DNA of 64,000 nucleotides from the human T2T-CHM13v2.0 reference genome, Homo sapiens, in assembly GCF_009914755.1 (NCBI RefSeq), contig NC_060925.1; one strand, 5' to 3'. The notes beneath the pieces were generated by a model, which was given only the letters and a program-made list of their open reading frames with translations, was not told where the DNA came from and made no database searches. How positions within the stretch are numbered: the first letter of the stretch is position 1; each line of letters starts with the position of its first letter. Below, piece by piece: positions 26,725 to 42,600 of this stretch. Made by a program: the position numbers and the translations under genes.

Positions 26725-27682
26725 ATGGAATCGTCATCGAATGATTGAATGCAATCAACGAATGGTCTCGAATGGAACCACATCCAAATGGAATGGAATG
26801 GAATCATCGCATAGAATCGAATGGAATTATCATCGAATGGACTCGAATGGAATCAACATCAAACGGAATCAAACGGAATTATCGAATGGAATCGAAGAGA
26901 ATCATCGAATGGACTCGAATGGAATCATCTAATGGAATGAAATGGAAGAATCCATGGACTCGAATGCAATCATCATCGAATGGAATCGAATGGAATCATT
27001 GAATGGAATCATCATCAGATGGAAATGAATGGAATCATCATAGAATGGAATGGAATGGATTCATTGAATGGAATCAGATGGAATCATCGAATGGACTTGA
27101 ATGGAATCATTGAATGGACTCGAATGGAATCATTATTGAATGGAATTGAATGGAATCTTCGAATGGTCTCGAATGGAATCATTATCAAATGGAATCGAAT
27201 GGAATCACCGAATAGAAACGAATGGAACAATCATCGAATGGACTCAAATGGAATTATCCTCAAATGGAATCGAATGGAATTATCGAATGCAATCGAATTT
27301 AATTATCGAATGCAATCGAATAGAATCATCGAATGGACTTGAAAGGAATCATCGATTGAAATGGAATGGAATAGTCAATGAACTCTAATGGAATCAACAT
27401 TGAATGGAATCATCGAGTGGAATCGAATGGAATCATGATAAAATGGAATAGAAAGTAATCATCATCAAATGGAATCAAAAATAACCATCATCAATTGTTA
27501 TTGAATGGAATTGTCATCAAACGGAATTCAAAGGAATCATCATCAAATGGGCCGAATGGAATCCTCATTGAATGGAAATGAAAGGAGTCATCATCTAATG
27601 GAATCGCACGGAATCATCATCAAATGGAATCGAATGGAATCATCATCAAATGGAATCTAATGGAATCATTGAACGGAATTGA
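26725..27682 (+). repeat. Truncated S-type monomer (958 bp) with a ~362-bp internal deletion
   Basis: Near 27000 the sequence jumps from the ...GCAATCATCATCGAATGGAATCGAATGGAATCAT block directly to ...CATCATCAGATGGAAATG. The GGATGGAAACG, TATGGAATGAAATCCA and GAAATTGAAATGGATGG landmarks are missing. Confidence 0.9.
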
Positions 27683-30600
27683 ATGGAATCGTCATCGAAT
27701 GAATTGAATGCAATCAACGAATGGTCTCGAATGGAACCACCTCCAAATGGAATGGAATGGAATCATCGCATAGAATCGAATGGAATTATCATCGCATGGA
27801 CCCGAATGGAATCAACATCAAACGGAATCAAACGGAATTATCGAATGGAATCGAAGAGAATCATCGAACGGACTCGAATGGAATCATCTAATGGAATGGA
27901 ATGGAAGAATCCATGGACTCGAATGCAATCATCATCGAATGGAATCGAATGGAATCATCGAATGGACTCGAATGGAATAATCATTGAGCGGAATCGAATG
28001 GATTCATCTTCGGATGGAAACGATTGGAATCATCATCGAATGGAATCGAATGGGAACATCAAATGGAATCAGATGGAATCATCATCAAATGGAATCCAAT
28101 AGAATTATGGAATGAAATCCAATGTGATCATCATTGAATGGACTCGAATGGAATCATCATCCAATGGAAACTAATGGAATCAACATCGAATGGAATAGAA
28201 TGGAAACACCATCGAATTGAAACGAACGAAATTATCATGAAATTGAAATGGATGGACTCATCATCGAATGGATTCGAATGGAATCATCGAATGAAATTGA
28301 TTGAAATCATCATCAAATGGAATCGAAAGGAATCATTGAATGGAATCGAATGGAATCATCATCAGATGGAAATGAATGGAATCATCATAGAATGGAATCG
28401 CATGGATTCATTGAATGGAATCAGATGGAATCATCAAATGGACTTGAATGGAATCGTTGAATGGACTCGGATGGAATCATTATTGAATGGAAGTGAATAG
28501 AATCATCGAATGGTCTCGAATGGAATCATTATCAAATGAAGTCGAATGGAATCACCGAATAGAATCGAATGGAACAATCATCGAATGGACTCAAATGGAA
28601 TTATCTTCAAATTTAATCAAATGGATTTATCGAATGCAATCGAATGGAATTATCGAATGCAATCGAAGAGAATCATCGAATGGACTCGAATGGAATCATC
28701 GAATGTAATGCAATGGATTAATCCATGGACTCGAATTCAATCACCATCGAATACAATCGAATGGAGTCATCGAATCGACTCAAATGGAATAATCATTGAA
28801 TGGAATCGAATGGAATCATCGAGTGGAATCTAATGGAATCATGATCAAATGGAATCGAATGTAATCATCATCAAATGGAATCAAAAATAAACATCATCAA
28901 TTGGTATTGAATGGAATTGTCATCAAATGGAATTCAAAGGAATCATCATCAAATGGAACCGAATGGAATCCTCATTGAATGGAAATGAAAGGAGTCATCA
29001 TCTAATGGAATCGCATGGAATCATCATCAAATGGAATCGAATGGAATCATCATCAAATGGAATCTAATGGAATCATTGAACGGAATTGAATGGAATCGTC
29101 ATCGAATGAATTGAATGCAATCAACGAATGGTCTCGAATGGAACCACCTCCAAATGGAATGGAATGGAATCATCGCATAGAATCGAATGGAATTATCATC
29201 GAATGGACTCGAATGGAATCAACATCAAACGGAATCAAACGGAATTATCGAATGGAATCGAAGAGAATCATCGAACGGGCTCGAATGGAATCATCTAATG
29301 GAATGGAATGGAAGAATCCATGGACTCGAATGCAATCATCATCAAATGGAATCGAATGGAATCATCGAATGGACTCGAATGGAATAATCATTGAGCGGAA
29401 TCAAATGGATTCATCATCGGATGGAAACGAATGGAATCATCATCGATTGGAATCGAATGGGATCATCAAATGGAATCAGATGGAATCATCATCAAATGGA
29501 ATCGAATAGAATTATGGAATGAAATCCAATGTGATCATCATTGAATGGACTCGAATGGAATCATCATCCAATGGAAACTAATGGAATCAACATCGAATGG
29601 AATCGAATGGAAACACCATCGAATTGAAACGAATGGAATTATCATGAAATTGAAATGGATGGACTCATCATCGAATGGATTCGAATGGAATCATCGAATG
29701 AAATTGATTGAAATCATCATCAAATGGAATCGAAAGGAATCATTGAATGGAATCGAATGGAATCATCATCAGATGGAAATGAATGGAATCATCATAGAAT
29801 GGAATCGAATGGATTCATTGAGTGAAATCAGATGGAATCATCGAATGGACTTGAATGGAATCGTTGAATGGACTCGAATGGAATCATAATTGAATGGAAT
29901 TGAATAGAATCATCGAATGGTCTCGAATGGAATCATTATCAAATGAAGTCGATTGGAATCACCGAATAGAATCGAATGGAACAATCATCGAATGGACTCA
30001 AATGGAATTATCTTCAAATGGAATCAAATGGATTTATCGAATGCAATCGAATGGAATTATCGAATGCAATCGAATAGAATCATCGAATGGACTCGAATGG
30101 AATCATCGAATGGAATGCAATGGATTAATCCATGGACTCGAATTCAATCACCATCGAATACAATCGAATGGAGTCATCGAATCGACTCAAATGGAATAAT
30201 CACTGAATGGAATCGAATGGAATCATCGAGTGGAATCGAATGGAATCATGATCAAATGGAATCGAATGTAATCATCATCAAATGGAATCAAAAATAAACA
30301 TCATCAATAGGAATTGAATGGAATTGTCATCAAACGGAATTCAAAGGAATCATCATCAAATGGAACCGAATGGAATCCTCATTGAATGGAAATGAAAGGA
30401 GTCATCATCTAATGGAATCGCATGGAATCAACATCAAATGGAATCGAATGGAATCATCATCAAATGGAATCTAATGGAATCATTGAACGGAATTGAATGG
30501 AATCGTCATCGAATGAATTCAATGCAATCAACGAATGGTCTCGAATGGAACCACCTCCAAATGGAATGGAATGGAATCATCGCATAGAATCGAATGGAAT

Positions 30601-33600
30601 TATCATCGAATGGACTCGAATGGAATCAACATCAAACGGAATCAAACGGAATTATCGAATGGAATCGAAGAGAATCATCGAACGGACTCGAATGGAATCA
30701 TCTAATAGAATGGAATGGAAGAATCCATGGACTCGAATGCAATCATCATCGAATGGAATCGAATGGAATCTTCGAATGGACTCGAATGGAATAATCATTG
30801 AACGGAATCGAATGAATCATCATCGGATGGAAACGAATGGAATCATCATCGAATGGAATCGAATGGGATCATCAAATGGAATCAGATGGAATCATCATCA
30901 AATGGAATCGAATAGAATTATGGAAGAAATCCATTGTGATCATCATTGAATGGACTCGAATGGAATCATCATCCAATGGAAACTAATGGAATCAACATCG
31001 AATGGAATCGAATGGAAACTCCATCGAATTGAAACGAATTTAATTATCATGAAATTGAAATGGATGGACTCATCATCGAATGGATTCGAATGGAATCATC
31101 GAATGAAATTGATTGAAATCATCATCAAATGGAATCGAATGGAATCATTGAATGGAATCGAATGAAATCATCATCAGATGGAAATGAATGGAATCATCAT
31201 AGAATGGAATCGAATGGATTCATTGAATGGAATCAGATGGAATCATCGAATGGACTTGAATGGAATCATTGAATGGACTCGAATGGAATCATTATTGAAT
31301 GGAATTGAATGGAATCATCGAATGGTCTCGAATGGAATCATTATCAAATGGAATCGAATGGAATCACCGAATAGAATCGAATGGAACAATCATCAAATGG
31401 ACTCAAATGGAATTATCCTCAAATGGAATCGAATGGAATTATCGAATGCAATCGAATGGAATAATCGAATGCAATCGAATAGAATCATCGAATGGACTTG
31501 AAAGGAATCATCGATTGAAATGGAATGGAATAGTCAATGAACTCGAATGGAATAATCATTGAATGGAATCATTGAGTGGAATCGAATGGAATCATGATCA
31601 AATGGAATCGAATGTAATTATCATCAAATGGAATCAAAAATAAACATCATCAATTGGTATTGAATGGAATTGTCATCAAACGGAATTCAAAGGAATCATC
31701 ATCAAATGGAACCGAATGGAATCCTCATTGAATGGAAATGAAAGGAGTCATCATCTAATGGAATCGCATGGAATCATCATCAAATGGAATCGAATGGAAT
31801 CATCATCAAATGGAATCGAATGGAATCATTGAACGGAATTGAATGGAATCGTCATCGAATGAATTGAATGCAATCAACGAATGGTCTCGAATGGAACCAG
31901 CTCCAAATGGAATGGAATGGAATCATCGCATAGAATCGAATGGAATTATCATCGAATGGACTCGAAAGGAATCAACATCAAACGGAATCAAACGGAATTA
32001 TCGAATGGAATCGAAGAAAAACATCGAATGGACTCGAATGGAATCATCTAATGGAATGGAATGGAAGAATCCATGGACTCGAATTCAATCATCATCGAAT
32101 GGAATCGAATGGAATCATCGAATGGACACGAATGGAATAATCATTGAACGGAATCGAATGGAATCATCATCGGATGGAAACGAATGGAATCATCAAATGG
32201 AATCAGATGGAATCATCATCAAATGGAATCGAATAGAATTATGGAATGAAATCCATTGTGATCATCATCGAATGGACTCGAATGGAATCATCATCCAATG
32301 GAAACTAATGGAATCAACATCGAATGGAATCGAATGGAAACACCATCGAATTGAATCGAACGGAATTATCATGAAATTGAAATGGATGGACTCATCATCG
32401 AATGGATTCGAATGGAATCATCGAATGAAATTGATTGAAATCATCATCAAAAGGAATCGAATGGAATCATTGAATGGAATCGAATGGAATCATCATCAGA
32501 TGGAAATGAATGGAATCATCATAGAATGGAATCGAATGGATTCATTGAATGGAATCAGATGGAATCATCGAATGGACTTGAATGGAATCATTGAATGGAC
32601 TCGAATGGAATCATTATTGAATGGATTTAATGGAATCATCGAATGGTCTCGAATGGAATCATTATCAAATGGAATCGAATGGAATCACCGAATAGAATCG
32701 AATGGAACAATCATCGAATGGACTCAAATGGAATTATCCTCAATTGGAATCGAATGGAATTATCGAATGCAATCGAATGGAATAATCGAATGCAATCGAA
32801 TAGAATCATCGAATGGACTTGAAAGGAATCATCGATTGAAATGGAATGGAATAGTCAATGAACTCGAACGGAATCAACATTGAATGGAATCATCGAGTGG
32901 AATCGAATGGAATCATGATCAAATGGAATAGAAAGTAATCATCACCAAATGGAATCAAAAATAACCATCATCAATTGGTATTGAATGGAATTGTCATCAA
33001 ACGGAATTCAAAGGAATCATCATCAAATGGGACCGAATGGAATCCTCATTGAATGGAAATGAAAGGAGTCATCATTTAATGGAATCGCATGGAATCATCA
33101 TCAAATGGAATCGAATGGAATCATCATCAAATGGAATCTAATGGAATCATTGAACGGAATTGACTGGAATTGTAATCGAATGAATTGAATGCAATCAACG
33201 AATGGTCTCGAATGGAACCATCTCCAAATGGAATGGAATGGAATCATCGCATAGAATCGAATGGAATTATCATCGCATGGACCCGAATGGAATCAACATC
33301 AAACGGAATCAAACGGAATTATCGAATGGAATCGAAGAGAATCATCGAACGGACTCGAATGGAATCATCTAATGGAATGGAATGGAAGAATCCATGGACT
33401 CGAATGCAATCATCATCGAATGGAATCGAATGGAATCATCGAATGGACTCGAATGGAATAATCATTGAGCGGAATCTAATGGATTCATCATCAGATGGAA
33501 AAGAATGGAATCATCATCGAATGGAATCGAATGGGATCATCAAATGGAATCAGATGGAATCATCATCAAATGGAATCGAATAGAATTATGGAATGAAATC

Positions 33601-36600
33601 CAATGTGATCATCATTGAATGGACTCGAATGGAATCATCATCCAATGGAAACTAATGGAATCAACATCGAATGGAATCGAATGGAAACACCATCGAATTG
33701 AAACGAATGGAATTATCATGAAATTGAAATGGATGGACTCATCATCGAATGGATTCGAATGGAATCATCGAATGAAATTGATTGAAATCATCATCAAATG
33801 GAATCGAAAGGAATCATTGAATGGAATCGAATGGAATCATCATCAGATGGAAATGAATGGAATCATCATAGAATGGAATCGCATGGATTCATTGAATGGA
33901 ATCAGATGGAATCATCGAATGGACTTGAATGGAATCGTTGAATGGACTCGAATGGAATCATTATTGAATGGAATTGAATAGAATCATCGAATGGTCTCGA
34001 ATGGAATCATTATCAAATGAAGTCGAATGGAATCACCGAATAGAATCGAATGGAACAATCATCGAATGGACTCAAACGGAATTATCTTCAAATGGAATCA
34101 AATGGATTTATCGAATGCAATCGAATTTAATTATCGAATGCAATCGAATAGAATCATCGAATGGACTCGAATGGAATCATCGAATGGAATGCAATGGATT
34201 AATCCATGGACTCGAATTCAATCCCCATCGAATACAATCGAATGGAGTCATTGAATCGACTCAAATGGAATAATCATTGAATGGAATCGAATGGAATCAT
34301 CGAGTGGAATCGAATGGAATCATGATCAAATGGAATCGAATGTAATCATCATCAAATGGAATCAAAAATAAACATCATCAATTGGTATTGAATGGAATTG
34401 TCATCAAATGGAATTCAAAGGAATCATCATCAAATGGAACCGAATGGAATCCTCATTGAATGGAAATGAAAGGAGTCATCATCTAATGGAATCGCTTGGA
34501 ATCTTCATCAAATGGAATCGAATGGAATCATCATCAAATGGAATCTAATGCAATCATTGAACGGAATTGAATGGAATCGTCATCGAATGAATTGAATGCA
34601 ATCATCGAATGGTCTCGAATGGAACCACCTCCAAATGGAATGGAATGGAATCATCACATAGAATCGAATGGAATTATCATCGAATGGACTCAAATGGAAT
34701 CAACATCAAACAGAATCAAACGGAATTATCGAATGGAATCGAAGAGAATCATCGAATGGACTGGAATGGAATCATCTAATGGAATGGAATGGAAGAATCC
34801 ATGGTCTCGAATGCAATCATCATCGAATGGAATCGAATGGAATCATCGAATGAACACGAATGGAATAATCATTGAGCGGAATCGAATGGATTCATCATCG
34901 GATGGAAACGAATGGAATCATCATCGAATGGAATTGAATGGGATCATCAAATGGAATCAGATGGAATCATCATCAAATGGAATCGAATAGAATTATGGAA
35001 TGAAATCCAATGTGATCATCATTGAATGGACTCGAATGGAATCATCATCCAATGGAAACTAATGGAATCAACATCGAATGGAATCGAATGGAAACACCAT
35101 CGAATTGAAACGAATGGAATTATCATGAAATTGAAATGGATGGACTCATCATCGAATGGATTCGAATGGAATCATCGAATGAAATTGATTGAAATCATCA
35201 TCAAATGGAATCGAAAGGAATCATTGAATGGAATCGAATGGAATCATCATCAGATGGAAATGAATGGAATCATCATAGAATGGAATCGCATGGATTCATT
35301 GAATGGAATCAGATGGAATCATCGAATGGACTTGAATGGAATCATTGAATGGACTCGAATGGAATCATTATTGAATGGAAATGAATAGAATCATCGAATG
35401 GTCTCGAATGGAATCATTATGAAATGAAGTCGAATGGAATCACCGAATAGAATCGAATGGAGCAATCATCGAATGGACTCAAATGGAATTATCTTCAAAT
35501 GGAATCAAATGGATTTATCGAATGCAATCGAATTTAATTATCGAATGCAATCGAATAGAATCATCGAATGGACTCGAATGGAATCATCGAATGGAATGCA
35601 ATGGATTAATCCATGGACTCGAATTCAATCACCATCGAATACAATCGAATGGAGTCATTGAATCGACTCAAATGGAATAATCATTGAATGGAATCGAATG
35701 GAATCATCGAGTGGAATCGAATGGAATCATGATCAAATGGAATCGAATGTAATCATCATCAAATGGAATCAAAAATAAACATCATCAATTGGTATTGAAT
35801 GGAATTGTCATCAAATTGAATTCAAAGGAATCATCATCAAATGGAACCGAATGGAATCCTCATTGAATGGAAAATATAGGAGTCATCATCTAATGGAATC
35901 GCATGGAATCATCACCAAATGGAATCGAATGGAATCATCATCAAATGGAATCTAATGGAATCATTGAACGGAATTGAATGGAATCGTCATCGAATGAATT
36001 GAATGCAATCAATGAATGGTCTCGAATGGAACCACATCCAAATGGAATGGAATGGAATCATCGCATAGAATCGAATGGAATTATCATCGAATGGACTCGA
36101 ATGGAATCAACATCAAACGGAATCAAACGGAATTATCGAATGGAATCGAAGAGAATCATCGAATGGACTCGAATGGAATCATCTAATGGAATGGAATGGA
36201 AGAATCCATGGACTCGAATGCAATCATCATCGAATGGAATCGAATGCAATCATCGAATGGACTCGAATGGAATAATCATTGAACGGAATCGAATGAATCA
36301 TCATCGGATGGAAACGAATGGAATCATCAAATGGAATCAGATGGAATCATCATCAAATGGAATCGAATAGAATTATGGAATGAAATCCATTGTGATCATC
36401 ATCGAATAGACTCGAATGGAATCATCATCCAATGGAAACTAATGGAATCAACATCGAATGGAATCGAATGGAAACTCCATCGAATTGAAACGAATGGAAT
36501 TATCATGAAATTGAAATGGATGGACTGATCATCGAATGGATTCGAATGGTATCATCGAATGAAATTGATTGAAATCATCATCAAATGGAATCGAATGGAA

Positions 36601-39600
36601 TCATTGAATGGAATCATCATCAGATGGAAATGAATGGAATCATCATAGAATGGAATCGAATGGATTCATTGAATGGAATCAGATGGAATCATCGAATGGA
36701 CTTGAATGGAATCATTGAATGGACTCGAATGGAACCATTATTGAATGGAATTGAATGGAATCATCGAATGGTCTCGAATGGCATCATTATCAAGTGGAAT
36801 CGAATGGAATCACCGAATAGAATCGAATGGAACAATCATCGAATGGACTCAAATGGAATTATCCTCAAATGGAATCGAATGGAATTATCGAATGCAATCG
36901 AATGGAATAATCGAATGCAATCGAATAGAATCATCGAATGGACTTGAAAGGAATCATCGATTGAAATGGAATGGAATAGTCAATGAACTAGAATGGAATC
37001 ATCATTGAATGGAATCATCGAGTGGAATCGAATGGAATCATGATCAAATGGAATCGAAAGTAATCATCATCAAATGGACTCAAAATAACCATCATCAATT
37101 GGTATTGAATGGAATTGTCTTCAAACGGAATTCAAAGGAATCATCATCAAATGGAACCGAATGGAATCCTCATTGAATGGAAATGAAAGGAGTCATCATC
37201 TAATGGAATCGCATGGAATCATCATCAAATGGAATTGAATGGAATCATCATCAAATGGAATCTAATGGAATCATTGAACGGAATTGAATGGAATCGTCAT
37301 CGAATGAATTGAATGCAATCAACGAATGGTCTCGAATGGAACCATCTCCAAATGGAATGGAATGGAATCATGGCATAGAATCGAATGGAATTATCATCGA
37401 ATGGACTCGAATGGAATCAACATCAAACGGAATCAAACGGAATTATCGAATGGAATCGAAGAGAATCATCGAACGGACTCGAATGGAATCATCTAATGGA
37501 ATGGAATGGAAGAATCCATGGACTCGAATGCAATCATCATCGAATGGAATCGAATGGAATCATCGAATGGACTCGAATGGAATAATCATTGAACGGAATC
37601 GATTGGAATCATCATCGGATGGAAACGAATGGAATCATCATCGAATGGAATCGAATGGGATCATCAAATGGAATCAGATGGAATCATCATCAAATGGAAT
37701 CCAATAGAATTATGGAATGAAATCCATTGTGATCATCATCAAATGGACTCGAATGGAATCATCATGCAATGGAAACTAATGGAATCAACATCGAATGGAA
37801 TCGAATGGAAACTCCATCGAATTGAAACGAATGGAATTATCATGAAATTGAAATGGATGGACTCATCATCGAATGGATTCGAATGGAATGATCGAATGAA
37901 ATTGATTGAAATCATCATCAAATGGAATCGAATGGAATCATTGAATGGAATCGAATGGAATCATCATCAGATGGAAATGAATGGAATCATCATAGAATGG
38001 AATCGAATGGATTCATTGAATGGAATCAGATGGAATCATCGAATGGACTTGAATGGAATCATTGAATGGACTCGAATGGAATCATTATTGAATGGAATTG
38101 AATGGAATCATCGAATGGTCTCCAATGGAATCATTATCAAATGAAGTCGAATGGAATCACCGAATAGAATCGAATGGAACAATCATTGAATGGACTCAAA
38201 TGGAATTATCCTCAAATGGAATCAAATGGATTTATCAAATGCAATCGAATGGAATTATCGAATGCAATCGAATAGAATCATCGAATGGACTCGAATGGAA
38301 TCATCGAATGGAATGCAATGGATTAATCCATGGACTCGAATTCAATCACCATCGAATACAATCGAATGGAGTCATCGAATCGACTCAAATGGAATAATCA
38401 TTGAATGGAATCGAATGGAATCATCGAGTGGAATCGAATGGAATCATGATCAAATGGAATCGAATGTATTCATCATCAAATGGAATCAAAAATAAGCATC
38501 ATCAATTGGTATTGAATGGAATTATCAAATGGAATTCAATGGAATCATCATCAAATGGAACCGAATGGAATCCTCATTGAATGGAAATGAAAGGAGTCAT
38601 CATCTAATGGAATCGCATGGAATCATCTTCAAATGGAATCGAATGGAATCATCGCCAAATGGAATATAACGGAATCATTGAACGGAATTGAATGGAATCG
38701 TCATCGAAAGAATAGAATGCAATCAACGAATGGTCTCGAATGGAACCATATCCAAATGGAATGGAATGTAATCATCGCATAGAATCAAATGGAATTATCA
38801 TCGAATGGACTCGAATGGAATCAACATCAAACAGAATCAAACGGAATTATCGAATGGAATCGAAGAGAATCATCGAACGGACTCGAATGGAATCATCTAA
38901 TGGAATGGAATGGAAGAATCCATGGACTCGAATGCAATCCTCATCGAATGGAATCGAATGGAATCATCGAATGGACTCGAATGGAATAATCATTGAACGG
39001 AATCGAATGGAATCATCATCGGATGGAAACGAATGGAATCATCATCGAATGGAATCGAATGGGATCATCAAATGGAATCAGATGGAATCATCATCAAATG
39101 GAATCGAATAGAATTATGGAATGAAATCCAATGTGATCATCATTGAATGGACTCGAATGGAATCATCATCCAATGGAAACTAATGGAATCAACATCGAAT
39201 GGAATCGAATGGAAACACCATCGAATTGAAACGAATGGAATTATCATGAAATTGAAATGGATGGACTCATCATCGAATGGATTCGAATGGAATCATCGAA
39301 TGAAATTGATTGAAATCATCATCAAATGGAATCGAAAGGAATCATTGAATGGAATCGAATGGAATCATCATCAGATGGAAATGAATGGAATCATCATAGA
39401 ATGGAATCGCATGGATTCATTGAATGGAATCAGACGGAAACATCGAATGGACTTGAATGGAATCGTTGAATGGACTCGAATGGAATCATTATTGAATGGA
39501 ATTGAATAGAATCATCGAATGGTCTCGAACGGAATCATTATCAAATGAATTCGAATGGAATCACCGAATAGAATCGAATGGAACAATCATCGAATGGACT

Positions 39601-42600
39601 CAAATGGAATTATCTTCAAATGGAATCAAATGGATTTATCGAATGCATTCGAATGGAATTATCGAATGCAATCGAATAGAATCATCGAATGGACTCGAAT
39701 GGAATCATCGAATGGAATGCAATGGATTAATCCATGGACTCAAATTCAATCACCATCGAATACAATCGAATGGAGTCATCGAATCGACACAAATGGAATA
39801 ATCATTGAATGGAATCGAATGGAATCATCGAGTGGAATCGAATGGAATCATGATCAAATGGAATCGAATGTAATCATCATCAAATGGAATCAAAAATAAA
39901 CATCATCAATTGGTATTGAATGGAATTGTCATCAAATGGAATTCAAAGGAATCATCATCAAATGGAACCGAATGGAATCCTCATTGAATGGAAATGAAAG
40001 GAGTCATCATCTAATGGAATCACATGGAATCATCATCAAATGGAATCGAATGGAATCATCATCAAATGGAATCTAATGGAATCATTGAACGGAATTGAAT
40101 GGAATCGTCATCGAAAGAATTGAATGCAATCAACGAATGGTCTCGAATGGAACCACCTCCAAATGGAATGGAATGGAATCATCGCATAGAATCGAATGGA
40201 ATTATCATCGAATGGACTCGAATGGAATCAACATCACACAGAATCAAACGGAATTATCGAATGGAATCGAAGAGAATCATCGAACGGACTCGAATGGAAT
40301 CATCTAATGGAATGGAATGGAAGAATCCATGGTCTCGAATGCAATCATCATCGAATGGAATCGAATGGAATCATCGAATGGACTCGAATGGAATAATGAT
40401 TGGACGGAATCGAATGGAATCATCATCGGATGGAAACGAATGGAATCATGAAATGGAATCAGATGGAATCATCATCAAATGGAATCGAATAGAATTAAGG
40501 AATGAAATCCATTGTGATCATCATCGAATGGACTCGAATGGAATCATCATCCAATGGAAACTAATGGAATCAACATCGAATGGAATCGAATGGAAACTCC
40601 ATCGAATTGAAACGAATGGAATTATCATGAAATTGAAATGGATGGACTCATTATCGAATGGATTCGAATGGAATCATCGAATGAAATTGATTGAAATCAT
40701 CATCAAATGGAATCGAATGGAATCATTGAATGGAATCGAATGGAATCATCATCAGATGGAAATGAATGGAATCATCATAGAATGGAATCGAATGGATTCA
40801 TTGAATGGAATCAGATGGAATCATCGAATGGAGTTGAATGGAATCATTGAATGGACTCGAATGGAATCATTATTGAATGGAATTGAATGGAATCATCAAA
40901 TGGTCTCGAAGGGAATCATTATCAAATGGAATCGAATGGAATCACCGAATAGAATCGAATGGAACAATCATCGAATGGACTCAAATGCAATTATCCTCAA
41001 ATGGAATCGAATGGAATTATCGAATGCAATCGAATGGAATAATCGAATGCAATCGAATAGAATCATCGAATGGACTTGAAAGGAATCATCGATTGAAATG
41101 GAATGGAATAGTCAATGAACTCGAATGGAATCATCATTGAATGGAATCATCGAGTGGAATCGAATGGAATCATGATCAAATGGAATCGAAAGTAATCATC
41201 ATCAAACGGACTCAAAATAACCATCATCAATTGGTATTGAATGGAATTGTCATCAAACGGAATTCAAAGGAATCATCATCAAATGGAACCGAATGGAATC
41301 CTCATTGAATGGAAATGAAAGGAGTCATCATCTAATGGAATCGCATGGAATCATCATGAAATGGAATCGAATGGAATCATCATCAAAAGTAATCTAATGG
41401 AATCATTGAACGGAATTGAATGGAATCGTCATCGAATGAATTGAATGCAATCAACGAATGGTCTCGAATGGAACCATCTCCAAATGGAATGGAATGGAAT
41501 CATGGCATAGAATCGAATGGAATTATCATCGAATGGACTCGAATGGAATCAACATCAAACGGAATCAAACGGAATTATCGAATGGAATCGAAGAGAATCA
41601 TCGAACGGACTCGAATGGAATCATCTAATGGAATGGAATGGAAGAATCCATGGACTCGAATGCAATCATCATCGAATGGAATCGAATGGAATCATCGAAT
41701 GGACTCGAATGGAATAATCATTGAACGGAATCGAATGGAATCATCATCGGATGGAAACGAATGGAATGATCAAATGGAATCAGATGGAATCATCATCAAA
41801 TGGAATCGAATAGAATTATGGAATGAAATCCATTGTGATCATCATCGAATGAACTCGAATGGAATCATCATCCAATGGAAACTAATGGAATCAACATCGA
41901 ATGGAATCGAATGGAAACTCCATCGAATTGAAACGAATGGAATTATCATGAAATTGAAAAGAATGGACTCATCATCGAATGGATTCGAATGGAATCATCG
42001 AATGAAATTGATTGAAATCATCATCAAATGGAATCGAATGGAATCATTGAATGGAATCGAATGGAATCATCATCAGATGGAAATGAATGGAATCATCATA
42101 GAATGGAATCGAATGGATTCATTGAATGGAATCAGATGGAATCATCGAATGGACTTGAATGGAATCATTGAATGGACTCGAATGGCATCATTATTGAATG
42201 GAATTGAATGGAATCATCGAATGGTCTCGAATGGAATCAGTATCAAATGGAATCGAATGGAATCACCAAATAGAATTGAATGGAACAATCATCGAATGGA
42301 CTCAAATGGAATTATCCTCAAATGGAATCGAATGGAATTATCGAATGCAATCGAATGGAATTATCGAATGCAATCGAATAGAATCATCGAATGTACTCGA
42401 ATGGAATCATCGAATGGAATGCAATGGATTAATCCATGGACTCGAATTCAATCACCATCGAATACAATCGAATGGAGTCATCGAATCGACTCAAATGGAA
42501 TAATCATTGAATGGAATCGAATGGAATCATCGAGTGGAATCGAATGGAATCATGATCAAATGGAATCAAATGTAATCATCATCAAATGGAATCAAAAATA

